DNA of 44,837 nt, from positions 1 to 44,837 of IMG/VR virus record IMGVR_UViG_3300020043_006076; one strand, given 5' to 3'. The stretch is from a virus (taxonomy: Duplodnaviria; Caudoviricetes). A program made the translations under genes and the position numbers. The notes under the pieces were generated by a model. That model did not search any database and was not told where the DNA came from. It saw nothing but the letters and a program-made list of their open reading frames with translations. Of the stretch, positions 38,029-44,837 are shown piece by piece (position 1 is the stretch's first letter; each line of letters opens with the position of its first letter).

Positions 38029-38273
38029 CAAGAATAATAATTCTTATTATCTTGGTAATCTCCTCTATTTCTGGAGTATATTTATTAGGAAAAAGATCAA
38101 GCGATCAAAAACATCTTATTGACAATCAAAATGCAGTTATTGAATCTAAAAACCACACAGACAAAATCAAAGAGCTTCAAGACAAACTCGACAAAAAGCT
38201 TACTAATTCTAGTAGGTCTGCTAATATTGAGCGGTTGCGGAAGTTGTCCGAAAAACAATCTAGTAATCAATAG
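38025..38273 (+). CDS. Inner spanin (Rz-like)
   Basis: N-terminal TM helix plus coiled coil; overlapped by a lipoprotein ORF. Confidence 0.65.
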   Translation: MTRIIILIILVISSISGVYLLGKRSSDQKHLIDNQNAVIESKNHTDKIKELQDKLDKKLTNSSRSANIERLRKLSEKQSSNQ

Positions 38274-38451
38274 CTTTAAAGATAGGTATTACCCACTTCC
38301 AAAATCTAAAACTGTGGATGATTACCTCGAAAAAGCTCCAGACGAATTGTTTAATTACATTCAGATTAATGAAGTTACTTATCAGTGCGAACAAGAGCCG
38401 ACAAATGAATTAGTTATTAAATGTCATAATGATTTTCTAAGTGAAGAATGA
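38119..38451 (+). CDS. Outer spanin lipoprotein (Rz1-like)
   Basis: LILSG-C lipobox in an overlapping frame; start probably ATG 38131. Confidence 0.65.
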   Translation: MTIKMQLLNLKTTQTKSKSFKTNSTKSLLILVGLLILSGCGSCPKNNLVINSFKDRYYPLPKSKTVDDYLEKAPDELFNYIQINEVTYQCEQEPTNELVIKCHNDFLSEE

Positions 38452-38981
38452 AAAATACTAGCCTTGAATTAATTTCTAAAGCTTCTCCGATTATTTTTTC
38501 TTTCTTGTGGATTGCGGCAATTTGCGTTGCTTTTTACCACGCATTTAAAAATAAAAATAGGGCTTATATTTTTCCTTATCTATTAACTATTCTAATATTG
38601 GCGCTCATTATATCTACATCGCTTTTTATTTTAGCAACTCAATGGGTGGATGGCAATTACGCCCAAAATATTAGTTTGATAGACCATCGATGGAATGCGC
38701 TTGAAACAGGGATTTGCGTTTTGGGTATGATGGGCTTACATTACCATTATTTATTAATGCACAAAACAAAACCTATGGCGGTTGATTTTTGTCACATACC
38801 TTTAATTACCCAAATGAAAACTTTAGATTTTAAAACACTCTGCCTAATTATATTGTCTGGGCTAGTCCTAATATTCTTTATGGGTTTTATTGTTCTTGCT
38901 TTAACTGGCAATCAAGAGGTTGCAAAAATACTTATTGATGCTGTCAAAGATTTATCTTCAAAAGGAATTGAAAAGTTATGA
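38448..38981 (+). CDS. Multi-TM membrane protein
   Basis: About 4 hydrophobic helices, within the lysis cluster. Confidence 0.6.
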   Translation: MKNTSLELISKASPIIFSFLWIAAICVAFYHAFKNKNRAYIFPYLLTILILALIISTSLFILATQWVDGNYAQNISLIDHRWNALETGICVLGMMGLHYHYLLMHKTKPMAVDFCHIPLITQMKTLDFKTLCLIILSGLVLIFFMGFIVLALTGNQEVAKILIDAVKDLSSKGIEKL

Positions 38982-39253
38982 GTGAGTTTTTAGAAAATAC
39001 CAATGGTGAGAAATCCTCCAAAAGATTATGGGGATCAATATTAATTGGAGTTGGAATTGAGATGAAATTCGTTTTGTTTCATTATGGTTTATTCTGGACT
39101 GAGAAAGCCCCTGCGTCACCTCTTTTTGATAATCTTGATAGTTGCGCTAATTGGATGATAACAGTAGGTTCCTCCCTTCTAGGTATTGGAGTAATTGAAT
39201 TGTTTGGTAAAGTAAAAAATGTCAAAAAAATTAAAAAATCAGAGGGTAAATAA
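38978..39253 (+). CDS. Holin (putative)
   Basis: GEKSSKRLWG; 2 TM helices; basic tail; coupled to the lysozyme gene. Confidence 0.6.
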   Translation: MSEFLENTNGEKSSKRLWGSILIGVGIEMKFVLFHYGLFWTEKAPASPLFDNLDSCANWMITVGSSLLGIGVIELFGKVKNVKKIKKSEGK

Positions 39254-39699
39254 TGAATATTGAAAAATTAAGAAAACAACTTGAAATTGACGAAGGGGTA
39301 GAATTAAAAATCTACCTTGATAGTAAAAATCTTGCGACTTGCGGGATTGGTCATCTTATCATAAAAGGAGATGAAGAATGGAATAAGCCCATAGGAACAC
39401 CAATTACTAGATCAAGAGTGGAGGCTTTATTTGTAAAGGATATTCAAAGCGTAATTAATGACTGCAAAAAACTATTTACAAATTTTGAGGAACTTGAAGA
39501 GGAAATAAAACAGATTATAGCCAATATGATGTTTAATATGGGGCTTACAAGGCTTAGTAAGTTTGTAAAGCTTATTGCCGCAATAAAAGCCAAAAATTTT
39601 AAAGAAGCCGCAAATCAAATGGCGAATAGTAATTGGGCTAAACAAGTTGGAGCTAGGGCAACTAGACTAATTACAAGAATGGAAAATTTATCTATTTGA
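39253..39699 (+). CDS. Endolysin, T4-like lysozyme (GH24)
   Basis: DEG...YLD....TCGIGH (E-8x-D-5x-T); NMMFNMG; WAKQVG.RA. Confidence 0.92.
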   Translation: MNIEKLRKQLEIDEGVELKIYLDSKNLATCGIGHLIIKGDEEWNKPIGTPITRSRVEALFVKDIQSVINDCKKLFTNFEELEEEIKQIIANMMFNMGLTRLSKFVKLIAAIKAKNFKEAANQMANSNWAKQVGARATRLITRMENLSI

Positions 39700-40244
39700 T
39701 TAATATGAAAAAATATTTATTTTTGCTTATCATTCTTTTTGCTTTCAATGCAGAAGCGTATAGTAGAGCAGATTATAAGCATTGGATAGATGCTGATAAG
39801 GATTGCCAAGATACCAGACAAGAAGTTTTAATTAGAGATAGCTTACAAAAAGTGACGCTTGATAAAAAAGGTTGTAAAGTGATTAAAGGAGAATGGTATG
39901 ATATTTTTACCAATAAGGTCTTTACTGACCCAAACGATCTTGATATTGACCATCTTGTCCCGCTTGCAGAGGTGGATAGGAGTGGCGGTAGTAAATGGAC
40001 ACCAGATAGGAAAATGAAATATGCCAATGACTTGAAAGATCCTGAAGTTTTAATTGCCGTTGATAAAAGTGCTAATCGCTCAAAAGGTGATAAAGACCCA
40101 TCTGATTGGTTACCGCCTAGCAAGATATATAAATGCGATTATATCATAACTTGGCAGAAAATTAAAAAGCAGTGGAAGCTTGAGATGGACGAAAAAGAGA
40201 AGTATTTTATTAGCGTAAAAAATAAGGAATGCGGTTTTAAATAA
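39696..40244 (+). CDS. Secreted HNH nuclease (DUF1524-like)
   Basis: Signal peptide ending AEA; DIDHLVPLAE; YANDL; ANRSKGDKDP..WLP; start probably 39705. Confidence 0.8.
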   Translation: MINMKKYLFLLIILFAFNAEAYSRADYKHWIDADKDCQDTRQEVLIRDSLQKVTLDKKGCKVIKGEWYDIFTNKVFTDPNDLDIDHLVPLAEVDRSGGSKWTPDRKMKYANDLKDPEVLIAVDKSANRSKGDKDPSDWLPPSKIYKCDYIITWQKIKKQWKLEMDEKEKYFISVKNKECGFK

Positions 40245-40264
40245 CTAGCACGGCGAGAAAAAAT

Positions 40265-40615
40265 CTAGTTGGTGTGACTAAAGAAGAAGATACACTTTTT
40301 AAGATCGTCTATAGTTTTGATCTCAAAATCTTTATTAGCCTTTTTACAACTGACCATCCCGCCCTTATCACACTCGTAAAGGTAGTAAGAAGCCATTTCA
40401 GATAATTTACAAATACTTTCAATTTGCTCATCCAGGTATTTAACGATGGCACTTTCAATCTTATCATCCATAGCTTGTAGATTGGTTGGAAAGTCGCCCA
40501 TTAAATCACCTATCTGACGATTTTGTTTTCGGTATAATTCCTTTCTGCGCCCAATGATTTCCAAGACTTCAAACAAGCTCTTATGCTCTTCTCCCCAGTT
40601 ATTAAGCTTCGTCAC
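40265..40615 (-). CDS. Hypothetical protein
   Basis: GTG start with AAGGAG ribosome-binding site. Confidence 0.65.
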   Translation of the reverse strand: MTKLNNWGEEHKSLFEVLEIIGRRKELYRKQNRQIGDLMGDFPTNLQAMDDKIESAIVKYLDEQIESICKLSEMASYYLYECDKGGMVSCKKANKDFEIKTIDDLKKCIFFFSHTN

Positions 40616-40679
40616 TTAAATTTCTCCTTTATTTAATCTTTATTGGTTAAAGTTAATTATAAATTTCCTTATTTAACTT

Positions 40680-40753
40680 TGGCAAATCAGCTGAGATTCG
40701 CACTCAAATCTTCGGTTTTGGAGACCGATATTCTACTGTTGAACTACTGACTT
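40680..40753 (-). tRNA. tRNA-Trp(CCA)
   Basis: Full cloverleaf; TCGGT-CTCCAAA-ACCGA; G-CCA end; variant D loop (AG) and T loop (TGCGAAT). Confidence 0.88.
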
Positions 40754-41177
40754 ATTTTTTTAAGAACCAAATAAAGTTCTCAAAATCTGCAACGCTAGAC
40801 ACTACGGCAAACTTAATCCCTAACGGCTCAATATATCTTTGATGAAACTCAATTTGAGCTTCATTCATTCCTTTAGATTTTGTTTCTAACCCTTTACCAG
40901 TTCTATGAGAGGATGGGGTTTTAACCTCAATGTAGGCAATATTTGCGCCAGTTGAACTTAATGAATCTTTATAAATCAAAGTTAGATCTGGGACACCCGC
41001 CAACCGACCCATTCTCTTAAATCTTGCTCCACTGGCAATTCCTTTATATCCACCAACATTATTTTCATTTCTATTGGAATAAAGAACACATATGCGGTTC
41101 AATTGTTTATAATAAACTAATTCATTAAAACGCTTTACAATTGCCTCTTGGATTTTTTCTTCTTCAAATTTACGCAT
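40752..41177 (-). CDS. VRR-NUC nuclease
   Basis: E.KIQ; MGRLAGVPDL; YIEVKT; Q.EF; start moved to MRKFEEE. Confidence 0.8.
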   Translation of the reverse strand: MRKFEEEKIQEAIVKRFNELVYYKQLNRICVLYSNRNENNVGGYKGIASGARFKRMGRLAGVPDLTLIYKDSLSSTGANIAYIEVKTPSSHRTGKGLETKSKGMNEAQIEFHQRYIEPLGIKFAVVSSVADFENFIWFLKK

Positions 41178-41379
41178 AAGATTTTTTTTTAGATTCCTCA
41201 ACTTGCCTAGCGTAAGTATAAATATTAGTTGGAACATTATAGGCTTTTTCAACAATAGTAGGGTCTTCATATTTTGCCCTTAAATGTTCTCGATATAATT
41301 CTCTAATGCTCCACCAAAGTATATAAGGAAAAAAGGTAAAATATACTAATGCCGCCAATATATCTTTAATCTCCTGCAT
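41170..41379 (-). CDS. Small membrane protein
   Basis: One TM helix; overlaps both neighbours. Confidence 0.55.
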   Translation of the reverse strand: MQEIKDILAALVYFTFFPYILWWSIRELYREHLRAKYEDPTIVEKAYNVPTNIYTYARQVEESKKKSYA

Positions 41380-41734
41380 CTTCCCTCTCTTTAAGTTCTT
41401 TTTCTTTTTTTATTGCCCACTCCAAAAAGTTTTGCATATCTTGCTCCGCTTCTTGTTCAGTTTGTCTTTTTGGAAATTGATCTACAAAACTGATTCCATA
41501 CCCAACATTGTCTTTACGAAAAAAGTCAGAATGTTTCTGATATTTTAGAATATTATCGTTATCTTCAAAGAAATTCTCAACCGACCAGCAATACCCATAA
41601 TGTAAAAATTGCCAATAAGGCTCATCACCATAGCTATAAATCTTTTGGATATAGAAGTGGCAATCATTATCTTTGTGATGGTCTCCGCCGATTAAAGCGT
41701 AGTATCCTGCTGTTAGTTCTATTAATGTTTGCAT
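41366..41734 (-). CDS. Hypothetical phage protein
   Basis: DHHKDNDCHFYI.K.YSYG motif; start moved to ATG 41734. Confidence 0.7.
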   Translation of the reverse strand: MQTLIELTAGYYALIGGDHHKDNDCHFYIQKIYSYGDEPYWQFLHYGYCWSVENFFEDNDNILKYQKHSDFFRKDNVGYGISFVDQFPKRQTEQEAEQDMQNFLEWAIKKEKELKEREDAGD

Positions 41735-41735
41735 A

Positions 41736-41912
41736 TTAAACCTTAAATGATCTCCATTCTCCACATTTAGAGCATTCAGACACGCTTATAAAACTTACCT
41801 TGTATAGCTCGTTGTTTTTATCTTTGCGGTCTACTGCTAATATCGTTTCCGCTCCCCACTCGTGCTTGCACTTAGGAACCCAGAATAATCTTAAAAATTT
41901 ATATAGTTTCAT
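41736..41912 (-). CDS. 58-aa Zn-ribbon-like protein (not in track)
   Basis: CKHEW...CSKCG. Confidence 0.6.
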   Translation of the reverse strand: MKLYKFLRLFWVPKCKHEWGAETILAVDRKDKNNELYKVSFISVSECSKCGEWRSFKV

Positions 41913-42228
41913 TTTCTGATCCTCTTAACCTTTTACAAAGTGCTTGATTAGTTTGGTTTGTAGAATCAACCATTTGTTGCCAAGATTTATTCTGTTTTTT
42001 CAATTCCTCAATCTCCTTATTCATTCCCCCCATTATTTCTTGAGCGGCGTTAAAATCTAATTGAAGGAGGTCGTTTTTTTGTTGGAGTTCGTTGATTATT
42101 TCTAAAGCCTCTTCCCTTCCATCTTCATAGCCTTTATCCCAACAATCACCACAATCTCTATAAATCTCTTTTTTCTCTTCAGTCCATCCTTGTTTGAACT
42201 CCGCTATTCTTTCTTCTAGTGTTTTCAT
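41899..42228 (-). CDS. Coiled-coil hypothetical protein
   Basis: 109-aa ORF. Confidence 0.65.
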   Translation of the reverse strand: MKTLEERIAEFKQGWTEEKKEIYRDCGDCWDKGYEDGREEALEIINELQQKNDLLQLDFNAAQEIMGGMNKEIEELKKQNKSWQQMVDSTNQTNQALCKRLRGSENETI

Positions 42229-42251
42229 AAATTATTTAAGTTTAGTTTAAA

Positions 42252-42707
42252 TTACATGTCCCAAGGAATATCATCCAAATCTTCTTCTGGTTGCTTAACA
42301 TAAGAATTAGCCTTTGCCGTATTATGTTTATCAACTTTCGGCTCTTCCTCATTTTTCTCTGTTTTTGTGCCTATAATCTGAAAACCGCCGCTAAAATTAT
42401 CTACTACAATTTCAGTTGTCCATTTATCAACGCCGTTCTTGTCAGTCCATTTGCGAGTTGTTAATTTACCCTCAAGATAAATCTGTAAGCCTTTTTTAGC
42501 ATAATCTGCACAGAATTTAGCCGCTCCGCCAAACAAAACAACCTTGTGCCATTCGGTATTAGATTTCTTCTCTCCCGTTTGTTTATCTTTCCAAGATTCG
42601 CTTGTTGCGACTGAAATATTGGCGATTGGCTCGCCGCTAGAGTTTTGTTTTATATCTGGGTCATTTCCTAGAAAACCTAAAATTATTACCTTATTTACGG
42701 AAGCCAT
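42252..42707 (-). CDS. ssb: Single-stranded DNA-binding protein
   Basis: SVNKVIILG.LG.DP; ATSESWKDK; TEWHKVV; acidic DDIPW tail. Confidence 0.95.
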   Translation of the reverse strand: MASVNKVIILGFLGNDPDIKQNSSGEPIANISVATSESWKDKQTGEKKSNTEWHKVVLFGGAAKFCADYAKKGLQIYLEGKLTTRKWTDKNGVDKWTTEIVVDNFSGGFQIIGTKTEKNEEEPKVDKHNTAKANSYVKQPEEDLDDIPWDM

Positions 42708-42834
42708 ATTTATATTTTATTTATGATTAATTGTTAAAGTTAAAGTAAATTCTGGTAAAACTGTATCTGTTATGATAAACAGTCCTACTAGTATTAAAAT
42801 TATTGAAAGAGTGGTTTGTAATTTATGGCGCAAT

Positions 42835-43098
42835 TTATCCTTTTATAATTGATGGTGCAATCTTCTCAGCATAAGAAATAAACAAATCCATTTGCTCATC
42901 AAAAGCTTGTGGGTTTTTATCTCTCTTTTTTTCTTCAGCAATAACTTTTCTGATTATTCCAGCGTCAAATCCTGCACTTTTAGCTTCTGCGTATCTATCA
43001 GCAATATCCATCTTAATTCTATCTTGCTCTTCTATTAATGCTTTAATTCCAGAAGCAATTTGTTTTAGATGATCGTTGTGTCCTGTGTTATTTTTCAT
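42835..43098 (-). CDS. GapR/DUF2312 family DNA-binding protein
   Basis: LIEE.....DI.D.YAEAKSAGFDAGIIRKVI. Confidence 0.85.
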   Translation of the reverse strand: MKNNTGHNDHLKQIASGIKALIEEQDRIKMDIADRYAEAKSAGFDAGIIRKVIAEEKKRDKNPQAFDEQMDLFISYAEKIAPSIIKG

Positions 43099-43199
43099 TT
43101 TATAGAATTGTTGTTGATGTTAAGTGAATTGTTAAATCTTTATATTTAACATCTCCACCAAGATTAGATTCTTCTTTATACTCTAAAACTAGAGAAGCT

Positions 43200-43284
43200 T
43201 GGTGGGTTGTCTGGGAATTGCACCACAGCGAGCCAAAGCAACAGATTTACAGTCTGTCCCGCCTCTTTAACGGAATACCAACCC
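43200..43284 (-). tRNA. tRNA-Tyr(GTA), divergent
   Basis: ACAGA-CTGTAAA-TCTGT; GGGTTG/CAACCC-A-CCA; variable arm; bulged T stem. Confidence 0.75.
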
Positions 43285-43290
43285 ATAATA

Positions 43291-43356
43291 TAAAGAAAAC
43301 CCCCATTTCCTATACACATTATTTTTTTATGTATAGAAAAGCGCATTTTTCTATAA
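43291..43356. repeat. Double-hairpin repeat, copy 2
   Basis: Near-identical to 709-774. Confidence 0.85.
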
Positions 43357-43477
43357 ATTGTCCTTATATTTCCATCTATGCTTTTTGGACGACATTCACA
43401 TCAATTAATAAGCTATGATTATTAATCTTACTCTTTCAAGGCGTGATGATAGGACTCTCACCTACATAATAAATACA

Positions 43478-43530
43478 TAGACTAATAAAGCGTTATGAGC
43501 ACTCCGCTCTACCACTGAACTATTAGGCTA
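43478..43530 (-). ncRNA. T-armless tRNA(CAT)-like element (also at 57-109 on +)
   Basis: TAGCCTAATA/TATTAGTCTA stem encloses only a D arm and GAGTG-CTCATAA-CGCTT. Confidence 0.6.
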
Positions 43531-43642
43531 TGGTGGCAAAGGCAGGAATTGAACCTACATTCTGGCGGATGCCATATTCTACACTCTTCCGCACGGGCTG
43601 TGGTCGCCCCTTGTTTCTACCTATAACAAGCCGAACTTTGCC
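43531..43642 (-). ncRNA. 112-nt enlarged tRNA-like cloverleaf
   Basis: GGCAAAG/CTTTGCC-A-CCA; GTAGG-TTCAATT-CCTGC T arm; three non-canonical internal arms. Confidence 0.7.
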
Positions 43643-43648
43643 ATAAAT

Positions 43649-43712
43649 TCACTTTTTCATTAGACTTGTTACCAAGAATACAGACTAAAAGTGTAAACTG
43701 CGTGCGACCCTT
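43649..43712 (-). ncRNA. Conserved bipartite motif, short form
   Basis: Matches 1106-1124 and 1235-1276, with a 6-nt instead of 110-nt insert. Confidence 0.5.
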
Positions 43713-43720
43713 TCACTAAG

Positions 43721-43852
43721 GCGGCTACCTGAGATCGTGCTTTCCGACCTGTCATTTTTACCAACCCTTGAGGCTTACCAAAGCGATGATGGTAGGTTAG
43801 TTTGCTCGTTCCAGAGGTTTAGCATTAAATATAATTAACTAAACTTAACCGC
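43721..43852 (-). ncRNA. Multibranch structured RNA
   Basis: GCGGTTA/TAGCCGC closing stem plus 3-4 internal stems. Confidence 0.45.
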
Positions 43853-43959
43853 TTGATTAATGACCCCTTTCGGGGATTGACTAGCTAACTCATAAAACCT
43901 CTAGCACCTATGTTTCAAGGGAGAAGATAGTTTTATGAGGTCTAATATTCTTTAAACAT

Positions 43960-44163
43960 CTACTCCACAAACTTATCTCTTTCTTCCATTGTGGTCTTAA
44001 AATATTTTTTGCTTGCTTGCTTTATACTCAAATTACTTTTCTCTAAAAATTTAATTATAAAATAACAGTGTTGAAGTGCTTCGTGAGCATCTCCTAAATT
44101 TTCAATATTATCCATTGTGAATTTACCTGTCTTACCAAGTAAATGTTCATAACTTCCTGCCAT
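43960..44163 (-). CDS. Hypothetical protein
   Basis: MAGSYEH...IENLGDAHEAL. Confidence 0.7.
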   Translation of the reverse strand: MAGSYEHLLGKTGKFTMDNIENLGDAHEALQHCYFIIKFLEKSNLSIKQASKKYFKTTMEERDKFVE

Positions 44164-44218
44164 TGTTTTAAATTTTAAGTTAATAATACGAGCAAAGCTC
44201 TAGCCCTTGCGGGATTCT

Positions 44219-44530
44219 TTAAACTTCTTTATATCCTAAAAGTTCTATAACTTTCTTTAATGTTTCTAAACTTAGATTTGAATAGTCATAAGCCTTTAAC
44301 CTTCTACAAAGCATATCTCTTTGCCATTTACTCTTTAAGTCTTCCGTCTCTTGATAATAACTATAAGAGCAAAAACTTCTTGCCCCAACAAGAGTAATAG
44401 AACCCAAATGGTTTATCTTTAATTTAGTTCCTTTGTCAGTAATAAAAGTTGTCGGCGTGGCTCTTACAATCTTTTGTCTATTTTGTAAATTTCCATAATT
44501 AAACTCATAAACATAATCTCCAATCTTCAT
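44219..44530 (-). CDS. Hypothetical protein
   Basis: 103-aa ORF; flanks shared with 1288-1617. Confidence 0.7.
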   Translation of the reverse strand: MKIGDYVYEFNYGNLQNRQKIVRATPTTFITDKGTKLKINHLGSITLVGARSFCSYSYYQETEDLKSKWQRDMLCRRLKAYDYSNLSLETLKKVIELLGYKEV

Positions 44531-44610
44531 TCCCTATTTTCAATTTTTATTAATAAGCTTTACTTTAAATTCCTCCTCTTTCTTTTGGCGGATTTCGGAA
44601 AGTTGGATAA

Positions 44611-44835
44611 TCATTTTATTTGCTGATTACAATTTTCTATTTCTTCCTCACACTCTTTAAAAAACATCTCTATATCATCTTTTAAATTACAATCTTCAGC
44701 TTGATTTAAAACAATGTTAATTTTTTGTAATGTTGATGTTAAAATATCAATATATCTTGATCTTGCCCAGTTGGCAGTTCTTAATAAATTTTGTTGTTTT
44801 ACGATTTCTTCGTGTGATAGAGAAAAAATTTCATT
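44611..44835 (-). CDS. 5'-truncated hypothetical protein
   Basis: Open frame NEIFSLSHEE...NQQIK* runs in from the window end. Confidence 0.6.
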   Translation of the reverse strand, partial: NEIFSLSHEEIVKQQNLLRTANWARSRYIDILTSTLQKINIVLNQAEDCNLKDDIEMFFKECEEEIENCNQQIK

Positions 44836-44837
44836 AG

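Noticed and set aside
14975-40123. - strand ORFs inside the structural operon
   Set aside because: Antisense shadows with no motifs
40680-40753. Suppressor tRNA or stop-codon recoding
   Set aside because: Anticodon is CCA, and the long genes are intact in the standard code using TAA, TAG and TGA stops
43218-43418. 66-aa + strand ORF
   Set aside because: Antisense to tRNA-Tyr and spans the hairpin repeat; non-ATG start

Overview
AT-rich, near-complete tailed-phage genome with a P22-like podovirus virion module; the right end breaks inside a gene. The + strand block (13.5-40.2 kb) carries terminase, portal, GroES-like protein, scaffold, major capsid, three ejection proteins, two tail-fibre/assembly pairs, adaptor and tail hub, spanins, holin, lysozyme and a signal-peptide HNH nuclease. 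The - strand blocks carry an initiator plus DnaB, YqaJ exonuclease with an AAA ATPase, Ref, VRR-NUC, SSB, GapR/DUF2312 and many small HTH or orphan genes. GapR, the initiator type and A-rich leaders suggest a low-GC alphaproteobacterial host (inference). No integrase, DNA polymerase or methyltransferase was recognised. The most unusual content is two largely non-coding, colinear - strand arrays (about 505-1285 and 43200-43940). They are tiled with tRNA-like and multibranch RNAs: a 228-nt RNA with tRNA ends, a 112-nt enlarged cloverleaf, a T-armless CAT mini-tRNA and others, joined by conserved spacer motifs. A stand-alone DUF3696-type ATPase C-terminal fragment is a candidate anti-defence decoy. 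All calls are by eye; no searches or folding programs were run.
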